Of a stretch of DNA of 64,000 bases, positions 1-15,600 are shown one piece after another. The DNA comes from Lama guanicoe (Eukaryota): NCBI GenBank assembly GCA_013239625.1, contig MU053487.1, positions 2,563,058-2,627,057 on the forward strand, written 5' to 3'. The position numbers were made by a program, and so were the translations under genes. Each line of letters begins with the position of its first letter. The stretch's first letter is position 1. The notes under the pieces are model-generated. The model worked only from the letters and a program-made list of their open reading frames with translations, ran no database searches and was not told the DNA's origin.

Positions 1-3000
1 CAAAATAACACTGTTTTCATTAATGTAGTGAGGAATACCTTCACTTCGTGTAAACTCTGTTTTCTCCCTAAGGAGTGTTTGCTCATTAACTGAAAAAAGT
101 ATGCATTACTAGGAATCTGTTCTACTATTGGTAAGAGGCCAAGGATATTTTGCGATGTGACTCACATTTTTAGGGGAAAAAAAGTCCTTGTATGTAAATA
201 CATAATGAAACAACATTGCATAGGTAGGTGGAGTCTGCTATAACCAATAATTGCATCTTATTTTGGGAGTGTACCAGTTTTCTATGTATTAAATGTTTGA
301 AAGGAAGTAATTACCTCTTTATTTTTCAACTGACTAAATTCATACAATTTTGAGTCTTGTACATAATTTCATTTTGGGAAAATAGACTTTTTTCCCAAGG
401 TATCTAAGTTCTTAATTTAGCAAATTAAAACTTAGAGATGTTTGATTGCCCAGTAAGGATACCTTTTGGTGCTAGAATGGACATTGACTGAACTGGGATT
501 GAGGGTTTTTTAAACAGTGAGAATTGGTTTAATTTGTTAAGCAGCTGGTGTGGTGAAATAGAACATTTCTGTTCTTATCCATGCAACCAGTAAAGATTTG
601 GCCTGCATATGGCCAGTAGCAATCCTGTATTACATCCTAAACTTAGTTGTAGAAAAGAAAGCATCTCAGGGTTCTAGTGATGCCTTAGCTTGGATCTCAG
701 GGATTGTGGTCTCTCCTTAGTTCTGGCTACAGGTAACACCTCACTATTTTCAAAACTGGTTTGAGAGGGAGATAGGAGTCCCTGTTAGAGATAACTTACC
801 AACTTACTTTAAAAGCGTAAAATGATATTACATTTTATGTAGTAGTAATAGAAACTTAAAAAAAAAAAGAGAGAGAGTTTCTCCTAGGCCTACTTTCATG
901 AGTACATAAAATAATTTGTATTGAATACCTATCTTGTTGTGAACAATACTAATAATTAAAAAATGGAGTCTTTAGAACTATTCAAAATAATTTAAGTAGG
1001 CTGAAAGTCTATGTTAATCTTATTTAAGTTTTGTTTTGTTCAGATGAAAAACATTTCTCACATAACAAAGGAAAACCATGGCATATCCTTTAATAGAATA
1101 AAAATTTAGTGAGAATCCAATTCATTACTTTATCTCACCAGCTGCTGACTTTTCCTCTAAAAATTGCTATATCCTTGAGTACTTAGCAGTCAAAAATGTT
1201 TGTTGAAAGATTGAACAAAATGTAACTGAAGACAAATCTGGCAGGGAACCTGTGTATGCTTTTAAATTAAATGTACTTTAGAAACTTTTTCCTATTATCT
1301 AAGAATTGCCTCCAGAAGAAAGTATTGGTGACTGTGGATCAAGTTCTTTAGGCTTCTCTCTGGGGAAAGGCCTTGAAGTCTTCTCACACTGAAGGAAGTA
1401 ACTGCATAAGGATTGAACAAGCAATTACTGAGCCTCTACTGCCAGTCAGGCAAAATGTAGAGTTCCTGCCCTCCCAGCATTTCTAGTTTAGTATGGAGAC
1501 AAAGATGTCAACATACACTTAACAATTCAAAGGAATTAAGGCTTCATAGAAGAAAATACAGGCATAGGAAATTTGTTAGTCCTTCAGGCTAGCCTTGTGA
1601 AGCTTCACAAAATACAACGCATTTGAAAGTTGAAAGATGAGTAAGATTTTGTTGGGCAGGAGTAGAGAAGGCATCATAGGAAGTGACACATCTGTAATTT
1701 TGCTTCTAGAGATTCCTAACTTAAATTTACTTGGTAACAGAGGCCAATACTTTGCTTAGCTGTCCTGCATTTATTTAGATATGTAGTATAACAAATAAAT
1801 TGAAATATAGATGCAGGGAGGGGAAGTTTTTAAATGGTGTGCTGTTTGTTTGGTAAGGTGATATTTCACACAATTGTAGAATAGCTTTTTTCATATGGAC
1901 TACAGTCATGTGCCAAGTAATTTACTTAAAATAGAATATGGACTCTCTTGCCACTCTTCTTCCCAACCTTCATATTTTATGGAGCCTTTCTATTTCCTTT
2001 CTCCATAACGTAAGTGCCCATTACCGTTCAGTATACTGCCTGGCAGGGAGACTTGCTAGTTTCTATAAAGTATGTTTTTTATTTTATAGTTTGTAGCATA
2101 GGATATTTTTAGGGCTGGAAAGCACTGATTATGGTGCTACACAAATATAGGCCATGTGTACAACTTCTAATTCTTTGAACTGGCAGAGAACAGGAAGATA
2201 AAAGTTAGTGTCTATGTTCCCCCAACCTTTCTCCTCTCTGTAACTTTAAGGAAATATCTTGGACTGATAAATTTGATAACTCTTTGTATTAAAGCCAGAA
2301 GGTATTTAAACCTTTATTAGGGAAAAATTCAAGCATATTACAAAGTGCAAATAGTAATGATAGTGCTGTAAGATTTCTCTCCCCTCCTCCCACATTCATT
2401 TCCCAGTGTCAATAATTAATAACTCATGGCCATCTTATTACCCCGCCCCGACTTCCCTAACCACACCATTTCCACCCTCCCACATATACAGCTACTCCCG
2501 CTATGCATCACCACTGGTTTATTTGAAAGAAATTTCAGAGATCTTATTTCATCTAAATATTTTGGTATATATTTCTAAAGATAAAGACTAAAAATATACA
2601 AACATAATACATTTATCACACCTAAAATTTGATAATTTCTTAGTATCAAATACCTAATGAGAGTTCAAAAATTTGAGAACACTTTTGCAAAACTGAGCAC
2701 CTCCTCCACTTGTGTTTAAAAATAAGAAAAATCAAATATTTGACTTTCTTGGTAGAGTTGTGGAGCTGTAGAGTCACAGAGAAAATGTACTATTTAACTA
2801 CCAAGTTACTGAAACATAGTGGCTAGTATTTGGTTGAATGCTCTTGTTTAGAACATGGAAGATATCTTATCATGAGCTACTGCTATAGCTCTAATTTTAG
2901 TTAGACATTTCGTGCATTATGAATGCAGGATAGAATTTTGGATCTCAGAATATCATCCATTGCCATGGAGTTCATCCCAGTATGATGTAATCAGTAGAAT

Positions 3001-3602
3001 GTTGCTTAATTTAGAATATTTGTCATACCAACAGAACAAAACAAAAAGCTTTCACATATGGAAGAAATTATTTTTAATTATAAGTTTTCCTGAAAATTTT
3101 CATTACAGTTTCATTTAGGACTCTGGCTTCAAATGAATGAGGCATTTCTGTTTCTTGTTACCAAGATATTTTTTAGGGCTTAGCCCAAATAACTTTAATT
3201 TGAATATTGCTTAATTATAGGGAACAGTTGACATTACTTTTTCCTGGATAGTTTTCTACTTGAATGAGTTTTGTTAATTGAATCCTTGATATTAATTTTG
3301 TTGTGGAGGAAAAAGCTGAGGACATTATAATGGGGAGAGGTGTGTGATTAGCTTGAAATAAGTTTTGCTACACACTAATCTTTGCTACTTAGTTATATAT
3401 ACTATAGCAAAATGAATTTTCTAAAATACTTACCATACTAGCTTTGCCTTGCATGGAAACATTCTAATAAGTGAACAATTACTAATTTTGTTTAATAGAT
3501 GAATGTATCTAACAGGTTTTGGTTCTCGGCCTTTGTTCTTAACAGTTTTAAAACTTTAGTTTTTTAGTTGCTTTTCTTTATGATGTTTCTTTGTTTTCTT
3601 AG

Positions 3603-3668
3603 AATGCGTCTGTCCAAGCCACGAAATCTCCCGACAGTGTTAATGGAAGTGAACCAACAACACCTCAG
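3603..3668 (+). CDS. GOLGA4: 66-nt cassette exon [22 protein letters not shown] (phase 0-0)
   Basis: Long polypyrimidine tract plus ttag|AAT, donor CAG|gtctgt. Resembles the recalled 22-aa alternative insert in longer GOLGA4 isoforms. Confidence 0.85.
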
Positions 3669-6600
3669 GTCTGTTATTAATGTTATTTGAAAAAATAGCA
3701 AGTCATTTCAGAGTGTTGGTCATTCTATATTGTTAGCATTTGACTTTACATTGCAACAGTGATGTCCAAACATTTGATACAATATGTATGGTAAATCCAG
3801 GTTCATTGATGGTTTCTTGGAAAAAGTTTTAAATGGAAGTAATATATGTATATATACCAGTCATATAAGATACCATTGTTACTCATTTGAATAACTAATG
3901 GCACTAAAGAGAAACTTTGGGAAAAAAAGACTTAACAAAACTTATAGTTGTAAAAGATTATGGAGGATATCATGTTGAAAGATGTTGAGTTACATATTCT
4001 GGAAGGGGGATATGAAGGAAATGGGACTTCTTTTATTAAAGTTTGTTTTAATGCAAAAGATTTTACTACTAGAGAATTTAGTTTATCTTTGATTTTAAAA
4101 AGTTATTTGGAGAGTGGGGTCCATCTGACATTCCTTTGACTCCTTTCAAAAAAAATTAATGAGAAAAGTCTTAATGATTGCAGTGTCTGAGATGAACATT
4201 TGTTTTCTCTGGCTTTAGTAACGATTATTATCATTAACCTGGCTATTCTCAACACTCCAGTGTAGGGCAGTAACATTTCTAATTCTGTGAACTTGGAGGA
4301 TGAATGTAGGTAATTTATGAAGTAACTGACTTATGAACTAATTCATGTGGACTAAACATTCTGAAGTATTGTCTAGCTTTCCAGACTCCATGAGCAGGTT
4401 ACCTGTAAGCTGAGGTCCTCAGTCCTTTCAGGAGGCTGGCCAGATTCTGGGCATAGTCTGAGTACCTGGGCCTGCTGACTCTGGCCTGGAGCAGCGTCCC
4501 CAATTGATCCTAAGTCCTCTACAAAGATGTTGTTTTCTCTAAGTGCCTTGAGGCTTGAGGTAGGGGTAAAATACTGGGAGGCACCAGTCTAAATGGGACT
4601 GGACAGATCCAGTGATCCTGAAAGAATATTATTAAAGAACATTATTTAGAATGCCTATTTTCTTCCATTATAGAATAATCCAAAAAGTCTAAATACAGTT
4701 ATGAATGCAAAAACTAGAATTAATGACAATCAGCTTTATAACCAAAGTCAAGAGAGATTTAAGTTTTAATTAAGGTGAAACATGAAGATGGATGATATTT
4801 AGGAAGTTAGCCCATTAAAGGTTTTGAACTTTGTTTTTAAAAATGCAAATGTATCCCTAAAAAATAATAAAATTGTGTTTATTGAATATACTTTGTGTCA
4901 GGCATTGTTAAGCAATTTCTGTATATGATCTTATTTAATTCTCATAACAAGGAGACAGTTTCACTCAGAGTCTGTTTACCTTTAAATAATTCTCTGATAA
5001 GTGGGTTGCAGGTGGTTGTTAGCAAGTTAGGAACAGTGTATATCCCCGGAGAGGGCAGAATGCTTACTGTGGTTGGGCATCTTGAAAGCAGCAGGAGATC
5101 AGAGTTGACACCAACTCTGGCGAAAAGCAAGCCCAAGAGTTAATGAAGCACAGCTGCCTGAAACCCCCTTCCTGCTGGGCAAAACATCTGTAAATCAGTA
5201 GATTTTGACACACAGCATGATGATTGTGTCAGGGATGTCTTTAAAAAGACTTATCGTCCTTATTTAAGAAGGCAGAGAAGTGTAATATATCTATTTCAGA
5301 AAAATTTGTAAACTTTTTAATTGTTTCTTACAGTACATAAAATACAGCCAATCAGAATGACTCTTCATTAATTCCCAAGGAATGAAGATAACTGACATTT
5401 TACCTAAGACAGATTTATAAACCTCAGATATTTGAAAATAAGTAGTATATGCCACCATGTAATAGAGAAAAATATGTTCTGCAAAACAGGTGTATTTGAG
5501 CATTCGTCTTTATCTGAGAAGCTGTGAAATAGTTTTATTGGATCATAATTTTAGTGTTTTAGCAGTTTAGGATGAACTAGGATCTAATATTATGCTCTTA
5601 CTGTAGAGATGAGGTGGTGGTATTATTATTTTTATCTTCCCCATTTCACGGGGGGGGAAACAAGACTAGTGAGGTTAGGTAACTTGGTCAGGGTCATGAA
5701 CATCATGGTGGAGGTCAGATTTGAACTCAGGCAGCCTTGCCTGGCAGCCCACAAGCTGAATCAGTACACTCAAACACCTTACTCCCAAGCAGAGTAGATG
5801 TGGCTGTTCCTTAGTTTATCAACTTCTGCAAATGTGTGTCTTTGACATTGTTCATTAGCTTCTGGCTCACCTTAAAATAACAACTATTTCTGAGATTATT
5901 CAGACTTGCCTCACTTGTTTGTCCTGAGGCAGTTTTCAAGAAGATGGTCTGTATGAGCTGAAAGGCACTTTTTGCATGGGTCTGAAGTGGCTGGTAATGG
6001 AATATCAGTAAAGCAGTTCTTTAAGTTTTTGAGCATGAGGGTCCCTCCTCTCCCTTAAGACTTTCTCCATCCCATCCCAATATAAAGGTAAAACTTACAC
6101 ATTAAGGAAAAAATTGGAAAGTAGAGGAAAATATAAAAATGAAAATAAAATCACCTAAAAATCTTACCACTCAGACCTACTCATTGTTAACTTTTGGTGT
6201 TTGTCCTTAACAACCTGATTCTAAGGGTGTTTGTGAAAACATACATATAAATTGAAAAGTATATGTAATTACCTTAAATCAAAGTGAGTTCACAATATAT
6301 GTATTATTTTACAACTGAATTTTCCCATTTAATAGTCTTGAACCTCCTTACATATATTGTAGTTTATTTAATTTTTTTTTGGTAACCTCTAATGCTGAAC
6401 ATTGGATTGTTTCCAGTTTTTACTGCTATCAACATCCTGTGATAAATCTCTGTGCATATGAAGAAGGTGGGACAAACTGTCCCCTCTTAACCTCCCACCT
6501 TACCAAATACTATTATTAAATCTCTAAAACCTATGAGTAAAGTATGCTTGGTTTATACTAAAGAAAATCTTTTTGTTTTCTTGTAATCTTTTCCTACACA

Positions 6601-9600
6601 TGACCTTAGTCTCCCCTGAACATTTCCTGGCATTGAGATCTTGCAGTGACCTTGTCACACTAATGAGAATGAGATTCTAGGAAACACCTCTTAAGTACTG
6701 ACTGCTGTCACCTGAACAAAACAATGCAGCTTAGAACAGGTTATTGACTTATATCACTTTTCATTGTTATTGTTCAAAATAATGTATTATTATTCTAATT
6801 AATTAAGAGAACAGCTCTTGCTTATCACTGTTCGTAGTATCAGACTTACTGATGTGCGCAGAGGGACTCTAGCTCAGACTTTCTAACTGTCCTCTGTGAT
6901 TTTTTAATGCTTATTCTTATTCCTGGTAGACAGAATGATTAAGTAGAGCAGAGTTGGGTATCACTAGTCAACTCTTCCTGGCATTCACTTGTTGAACAGA
7001 ATGGGTTCACTGCGCATTACTCTCTGCCTGAGAAGAGTGGTCAGGAATCAGAGTCTCCATGAAGACTCCGGAGAAAGCACACTTGATTTCAGCCACATAC
7101 TTCACACTTCACAGTATGTACCCACATTTGAGACACTGGGTGGATACTGGTGGTATAAATGGCCACTGCCTCCAAGGATCTTATTTTAGTGGACAAATCT
7201 TTAAGCACGCTGTGAGGTCAGCTGAGAAAGTATGGCTTCCTTCCTTTTTTACAGTTTTGCAAACTGAAGGGAAGTGACCTAGTGAAGGTCATTCCACTGC
7301 TCGGACAGACCTGGGACCTACACCCCAGTCCTCTGACTCCAGGTCCAGTGCATTTTCAGAGATAACCAAGTGTCTCTTGTTTTTCACAAAACAGTATATT
7401 TTGTAAAACGTCAGGAATATAAATTGAATGTGTTAGAGCTTTTACTAGATTATTACTGGTGATAGGGAATAACAATAATAAATTGTAAATATGTATAAGT
7501 GTGTATTTAAACCCACATGTTTCATTGTGTTTTGGTTGCAGTCAGCTGACACGCAGTCTTTTGCACAGAAGCTCCAACTCCGGGTGCCTTCGGTGGAGTC
7601 TTTGTTCCGGAGTCCAATAAAGGAATCTCTGTTCAGATCTTCTTCTAAAGAATCTTTGGTACGAACATCTTCTCGAGAGTCCCTGAATCGACTTGACCTG
7701 GACTCTTCTGCTGTCACCTTTGATCCGCCCTCTGACATGGAGAGTGAGACAGAAGACACACTAGGGAGTTTAGACAGTCTCAGCAAAGAGCAGTTGATCC
7801 AGTGGTTGCGGAGAATGGAACGGAGGTTGAATGGCTACAAAGGAAAATGTTCTGAGGTAGGAGAGTGACTTTTTTTGCCTGTATGAAAATTTCCTCCCCT
7901 TGTTCTCAAATTCGTATTACTGGATGGCTTTTACGCCTGTACTTGGCTGAACTGTCGATTCCCTAGCCACACCAGGTACTGCTGGTGGGTAGTCTGTGGC
8001 AATATCTATTTAAAGACTTTCAGTGGTACAGGGACCCTTTGTCAAGACTCTACTAAAATTTTGTCTGTAATCCGGTTCTCACATTCTGTGCCCCTCTCCT
8101 CTCCCAGCCCCTCTTCTCCAAGGCTGCTTGGACTAGTGCAGAGTCCATCATCTGTCCTCTCTAAGTGCTGTGGCTCGAAAATGACCTCTTCTGCCAAGCA
8201 GATTCCATTATTACTGACCCTTTTTACGTTTTAGATGGTCTGATTCTCTGACACATCTGGTTCACTCTCGTGCAAATGTTTAAAATTTGCCTCAAGGGAA
8301 TCTTTTAACTGCAAACCCCCTTGAGCATGTTTGGTCTGGGAGGAGGGACGTGGTGCTGCGCCATCCCTCCTTTTGGTCCCTCAGGAACAAAGCACCTTCC
8401 TTTCGGGCTGAATTGTGGTAGTTCCCCTCCATGTTCTGTGCAGTTAAAGCACTTCTTCCTCAGGAATGCCTTTCTGGAGCAAATTGTCCGTGGCTTACTT
8501 TTTTTTTTTAATAATATGTACTATTTTATTGTCTTAACAGTTTATAAATCAGCATTAGAGTTAATTTTAATTAATAATTAAGTTCAGGGATAGTGAATAA
8601 AGTTAGTCATAATTTCTATTTCCAGTTATGGCTAAAATATGGGGAGTTTTACCCTGCAGCCAAGAACAACAAAAAACCCCTAAATGAAATATTTAAAATA
8701 TCTTCTTACAACTCTAAAGTGCTGACAAAATAGGGAGGAATTACTAGGCTAAAACCTGTCAGATGGCTGGAACCCAGAGTTGTAAACAGGGCATTAAAGC
8801 CATGTATTCATGAGGCATTTGCAGCATCAGGCAACTTTCTCCTTTAAAATTTTTTTTAAATTTTAATTTTTTGTTTCTATGAAAGTTAATAATGGTCCTG
8901 AATTTGTTTGTTTAGATTTATATTATTTTCACTAACTTACCCATGGCTTTTAAGTTGGGAGCTGGGGCAGCAGTATAGTTAGTATTTAAGTGTACAAGAC
9001 ACCATGCATTTTATATTTATGGTGCCATTTAATTTTGTGCCATCTCTGTAAGGTAGATATTCATTAGCTCTATTTTGTAGAATAAGATTAAAGACTTACA
9101 GAGACTTAATCATACAGATTACATAACTTGCTTATAGTCACATAGGTAGCATTTGACAGACTCTGTATTTAATTCTAGGTCTTTCTGGTTGTTTTCACTA
9201 TTCTGTACTACCTCAGGTAAAGTCGACTTATTAGGGATGAAGAGAGCCCATAGTCTTTGTCTCTGCCTTTCCTTGCTGCTGTGGGTACCTAGGATGGTAG
9301 TGCTGTGAGTGATGTCTGATTACTGTGTTACTCTTCCATTTACTCCCCATTTTGAGTACCATTTTCCTGTCTGGTCTTAAGGTAGTCAGAAGGGGAGGAT
9401 CCTGGCCTTAGGCACAATTTTGGTGTTTCAATTCTTCATCTCTGGACTCACCTTCCATTGCTGCCTGCCTCTTGACTCAGGACATTAGCAGACAAATTCA
9501 GGGGCACACAGCAGCCTTCCAAGGAAAATGGCAAGGCTCCGAATAGGGGAGTGCCTCTCCTAAAGCTGCAGACTGTCTCTGCAGAGCCCACCAGCACTTC

Positions 9601-12600
9601 TAAAGTGGGTCCATATAATTCGTTGGAGCCATGTGCTTAGCCTTCTGATGAGTGATGCTATATAATTTACAGGTTTAAGAAGATTTATTAGTCTGTAATT
9701 TCATCAAGTTTTGCTTGCATGTTTAAAGATCCTATTTAGATTAAATGGTTAAACATCTCTTTAGGACCTGAAATACCAGTTTTCTTCTGTTGGCTATGAG
9801 TTCCTTTTTACAGAGCCATAGTCACAGGTCCTAAAATCAGAGGAACTTTTAGAGATCAGTTATGTGGTCTATCATAGCCCAAAGTAGGAGATCACTGGAG
9901 AGCTTGTTAAAACACACGTTACTGTTTCTCCATCCTCCCTCCCTTTCCTTGGGCGGGGCCCAAGAATTTCTGCTACTAGCAGGCTTCTAGGTGGTGCTGT
10001 TACTGATGGTACTGATCTGTGACTATGGGTTGAGTAGCCTTTAGGCAAGTTGGCTGTAATCCGCACCTATGAATTAGGTACTGAAATTTAAAGAGGTATG
10101 TGTTTAAAGTAAAATCAAATGGAGATTTAATATCTTTATTTATTGAGTCAAATTACATTTTTGTTTTTTAGAAATAAATTTCCTATGTTATTTAGTTTCA
10201 ACTGCATATGCATCTATTTAGGTTGAATTGTCTATAAAAGGATTCTTTTGATTTATTTTCAGACTTTCATAATGAGATGTTTTAGCAGAATTTAGGATAA
10301 TTAATTGCATTTATATAGGAATGACTGATACTATTAATGGCTTTTCTTTATTTTAGCTTGTTACAGCTTATCAAACTCTTCAGAGAGAGAAGAAAAAACT
10401 GCAAGTAAGTGACTTGTTGGCTGTTATATTGATTCGTACGTAATTATAAAATTAGAAAAGATCTTACAACAAGACAGTTCTAACCCTCACTTTTAATAAT
10501 TCTTCTCATGACCAAGATATTTAACCTGTTTTACTACTGAGGATTTTGATAAAGAGAATGAGTGAGAAATTGTAGAGATTTTACCTATGGTAGGGATGGG
10601 CCTTCTTGAGTTTTGGATCCCTGCAGTGTTTAAGAGGTTTGGATTTCAGGCATGTTTGCCTTTTTCAAGCATGTTTCCTGGTTTCTCAGTCTGCAGGTTG
10701 CATGTTCGAAGCTTTCCCTTACCTATAGACATCTCTATTTCTTATCATTATATCAGGGTCTAAAAACAAGCATCCTCTTTCCTGTTTCCTGAGGCTGCTG
10801 CTTGTAAAGCTCTTGATTAAGTGTGTGGAGAGAAGAAATTAGTATAGCTCTTCTTCTCTATGTCATCCTGTTCGTGGCTGAAAGTTTCCCAACAGGTATC
10901 CCAGTTGATAATTCACATGTCAGAACTAAGGGGGAAGATCCATTCCAGTTCAGATGGTGCTGTGTTATTTATAAAATGCAGATAGTCTTTATTTTTGCAG
11001 TGAAAGTTATTTAAAACCATTTAGCGTCTTATCCCATTTAAAGACACTAAATATATAACCAAAAAGTTATTTGTAAAATGAGTTTTGGTAAGGTTAATTT
11101 CCCCATGTATATTATTTTAAAATATTTAATCTGCCATAAATATTAGTCTCCAATAAGTCCACATTAAATTTTCTGGTTTTGGTCTGGAATATGATCAGTT
11201 AAGAATAATGGTAACACCAGTTAGTTAGTGCTGATTTAGTGTTCTAATTGTCCCTAGCAAGTGTGAAAATTAGATTATTACAAATAGACTTTGTAGTTTG
11301 ATATTTTCTTTTCATAAAAAAATTTTTATTAACTTATTTTTTATGGAGGTACTGGGGTTTGAACCCAGGACCTCATGCATGCTAAGCATGCAGTCTTCCA
11401 CTGAGCTATTCCCCCCATCCACCCCAATATTTTCTTAAATGTGTGGTTTGTAGAAGTACAGGGGACAGTTCTGACTTCATCCATTGTATTGTTAATATTC
11501 CATAAATAGATTCTCAAAAGATCATCTTATTCCTAAGTTCTGTGGGTGCCTTGCTTGTGTTTCTATGAATTTGTCTATAGATTTTTATTTCTAGATGTAC
11601 ATAATTCTACCACTAAGTGGCAGTGGAGAGTTGTGGTTGCATAGTTCCAAAAGTAAAGGGTGTTGGTAATAAAATTCAGTGATTTGTGATCTTTTTTACT
11701 TGTTTTTCCCTACTATGTCATGTAGTTGTTTGAACCAGCTTTTTTTTTTTCTTTTAAATTAAAGGGTATATTAAGTCAGAGTCAGGATAAAGCACTTCGG
11801 AGGATTGGAGAGTTAAGAGAGGTAAGTTGTGACTAGTACCTTGAGATCTAGATCTCTCATATTTATCAGAACTACTGTATGTATTCAGATAGTTTCACAT
11901 GCACTAATTTAGTTACAGTGAAAACTAACCAGCCCAGCCAATAAGACCAGGGATAAGTTCTTAGGGGTCTTATTTGTGTGGTTTCCCTAAGATACATGTT
12001 GTTGCTGACACTATAGGCAGACCTCGTTTTATCGCACTTCACTTTATTGTGCTTCGCAGATCCTGTTTTTTACAAATTGAAGGTTTGTGGCAATCCTGCA
12101 TTGTCAGATGATGGTTAATATCTTTTAGCAGAAAGTATTTCTAAATCAAGGTAAACACATTGTTTTATATATAATGCTTTTGCACACTTAATATACTATA
12201 GTGTAAACATAACTTTTGTATGCACTAGGAAACCAAAAAATTTGTGTGACTTGATATATGCAATAATGCAATACTTACTTTACTGTGTTACTCTGGAACT
12301 GAATCCACAATATGTCCAAAGTATGCCTGTAATGACATAAGAATGTCTTATTTAGCAATATAATATCATTTGCCTGCGTGAACAGTCAGTGACAACTTCT
12401 AAGGCTAACCTGTCCCTCCCGTTAGGTATTTCAGGCTTCTTTTTTTTTTTTCTTAACCAAAAATCTTTTTGGTGAAGTAAAATAAAGATTATGTTCACTG
12501 TAATTTGGGGAGGGGGAGATAATTTTTAAAGTGAAGTATCACAATCCAGGCAAATATTAATCATTTGAAATCATGCTTTTCTAATTTCTATTTCTGTCCT

Positions 12601-15600
12601 GTCTTGAGGAGGATGGAGAATATTGGCTTCAATTGGTTAGGGGATAGCATTCTGTATCTCTGCTATATGTCACTTATCATGAACATTTAAAAATCTTTTA
12701 ATTGTAAAATGTAACAGATACAGAAAACCGTGCCCAAGAAATAAATAGCTTACATATGAACACTGTTGTAACTACCACCAAGGTCAAGAAATAGAATGTT
12801 GCTAGCCGTCCTAAGAGGCCCTCTGTGCTTCCCAACCCAATCATAGCACTTTCCCTTTCTCCAAAGGTAGCTACTATCCTAACTTTTTATTGTATTTTCA
12901 TGTGTCTCTTTAAGGTTTTATCACCTAAGTTTATACCCCTAGACACTACACTCTTGCCCATGTAAAAAAAATTTTTTTTGACATATCTTGTATGTCTCTT
13001 TAACTATACACACCTGCATTCCTTTCTTTTCCTTGCAGTTCTGATGATAAATTAGAAGATTCAGAGTTACTCATTTACCTTATCCCAACATTATAAACAC
13101 AGCAGACTTGGAACAACAATGCCAACACTACCACCATCAATTATGACGACTGAAATTAGTTAAAGAGATTTTCATATGCTATTCCAGTTCTTTCACCATT
13201 TAAACAATTCTTTTGCATACCTGTACTGTTAGATCATAAGCCATTACATACATATTCTTTCTCTTTTAACCCTTGCAGTGTATTTGTTCTACAGGTATAT
13301 TTAACGTTCACCAAAAGAGAAGATGCCCTAGCTATTACTCTCTCACTTCCTCCAGCCTGTCCACTGCACGCCCCCAGCCCCCAGGCAGACCTTTCTGAGT
13401 ACTAGCACTTCCATGATGTGTCTTAGAAGTCACACTAGAAATGTGGAGTCTTGGGCTGACTAGGAGTTCAGATTTTGTTTCTTCTCACTCACTTTATATT
13501 ACTAGCAAGGAGGTGCTTTTAAAACTTTGTTGAGGGACAAATAATATAACACTTTCACCCAAAAGGTTTTTCTAAGTTAAAGGTGTTTGATACATTCCAC
13601 TCATCAGAATTTCTCTTTGAGGAGTAATCAGAAAGATCTTAAAAAACTTATACATAAAAATGTTAATCCCAAGGTTTGCCCGAATTTGCAAACAGTCTAA
13701 ATGGCCAAGAAAAGGACAATTATTGAATTGGTTGTTATATTTAATTATATTATAGAGCCATTTATTATTATGCTAAAAAGTTCAAATAGTATAGATTTAC
13801 ACTGGAGGTCAGTTTCCTAGATATAAAGGTGGATGAGACAAAATCCTCAATCTAATGGAGCTTATTTTCTGATGGGTCTCTAAGAACAAATCTAATCCGT
13901 GTTGCATGTGACACCACTTCCAAACTCTGAAGCCAGGCAGAATCAAACACTCATTTTTCTCCCAGCAAACCTAATCTTATCCCCTACTATCCCCATCTCA
14001 GGAAATGACACCACCATTTACTGTCTGTCAAGCCAGAAAACCTGGGATCAATTTTGACTTCTCTTTTCCTCCATGTCCAATATACATACACACATATATA
14101 TGTAGCACACTGTCAGGTAGTAAACAGTTCTATTAGGAAAAATAAAGCAAGCGTAAAGGAATAAAGGTTGAGTGAGGCCTTTAGAGAATGTGGTCACAGA
14201 CTGGCTACTCTTTAAAGCGTGGGTTATAGGGGATAAGACTGGAAGTGAGAGCTAATTAGCAGACTCTTGCCACTGGAGTGGTGGTAGGGATGGACGTGGT
14301 GAGAAATGGCCAGGTTTTCTGGAACTTTATAGGGTTTGCTGATGATTGGACATGGAGAAAAAGAGAGGAGTCAGAATTGACCCCAGGATTTTTGGCTTGA
14401 GTAACAGTAAATGGTGGCATCATTTGCTGAGATGGGGATAGTGAGGGGGAAGATTAGGTTTGTTGGGAGAAAACTGAGGGTTTGATTCTGCCTGGCTTCA
14501 GAGTTTGGAAGTGGTGTTACATGCAATAAGAATTAAATTAGTTCTTAGTGACCCCAAGTCTAATCAGAAGAACTTTTTGAACGTAGAAGGTCACCCTGGA
14601 TAGTAGGGTCCATTTCTGGAGCCAGTGAGATCCCTGCCACAGTGGTGTTGGATGGTTGGCTAGCCAGCCTGTGGGCTCTAGTCAGGGTCTAAGTAGACAG
14701 TTCTTAGGTTCCTTTATCACTGTGGTCTTTATTGTTCATGGAGTGCTTATTGGTAGAGTAGTCTAAGGTAGCAGGTAGAAGGGGACATGAGTAAAAGATG
14801 TTTCCACTGTATCCAAGGACTAGATCAGATGAAAACATTCAAAACCTGAAAACTGTAATATAAATTGAGACTTTTTTGTGGGCTGTTAGGGATGCCATGT
14901 AACAAAGTATGATAGGTTTGTAGTATGGTAGGATATAGAAAATTATTTACAGGAAATGAATTTTAAAGAAAGTGAAGGACCTCATTGCTGTTAAGGAGAT
15001 GTGCAGCTGTTCTGTGTTGAAGAATTGACCTGTGCAGAGTCACAGAGGACTGTGCTTTCCAGACTTCTGGATTTCATGGACTGAGAAATTACCTTCCAGT
15101 TCCTTCCAGAATGGGGAAAAGGAGAATTGTCACAGGGCTACTCTCATTTTTTCAAGTGAGGACGTTGAGAATGAGAAACCAGATTCTTTTATTGTCATTG
15201 TTTCATGAAAGAAAGGTGTTTTTTAATAATAAAAAAAATTAGGAAGGGCACACTCTCGAATAAAGTACAGTCGCTTAGATGAAAGAAATTTAAACCTAAG
15301 AAAAACTCTCTCCATTGGCTTTCTGTTTCTCATTTTTCTCCATGGATCGGTGAAAACTTCATCCTAGATGTCTAGGATGAAGACCAGCATTTGGAGACTA
15401 CTGATGCAGGGGAGGTCAAGCTAGGAGTTTTTAGTGAGAGAAATAGTAAATAATGTGCTTAGAAATCTTGGGGCAATGTGTGTGTAGGGGAGAATACAGG
15501 ACAGTAAGTACCTTGGTAGTAAATTTGAAACAATTCAAGAAGAGGGCATTGCTTATAAGTCCTTGAAAATACTATTTGAGGAAAGTTTTCTAGCAAATTT

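Noticed and set aside
1..3600. GOLGA4 promoter or first exons
   Set aside because: No CpG island and no MFKKLKQK-coding sequence; the region is intronic.
7445..7786. 113-aa antisense ORF
   Set aside because: Shadow of exon 7542-7856.
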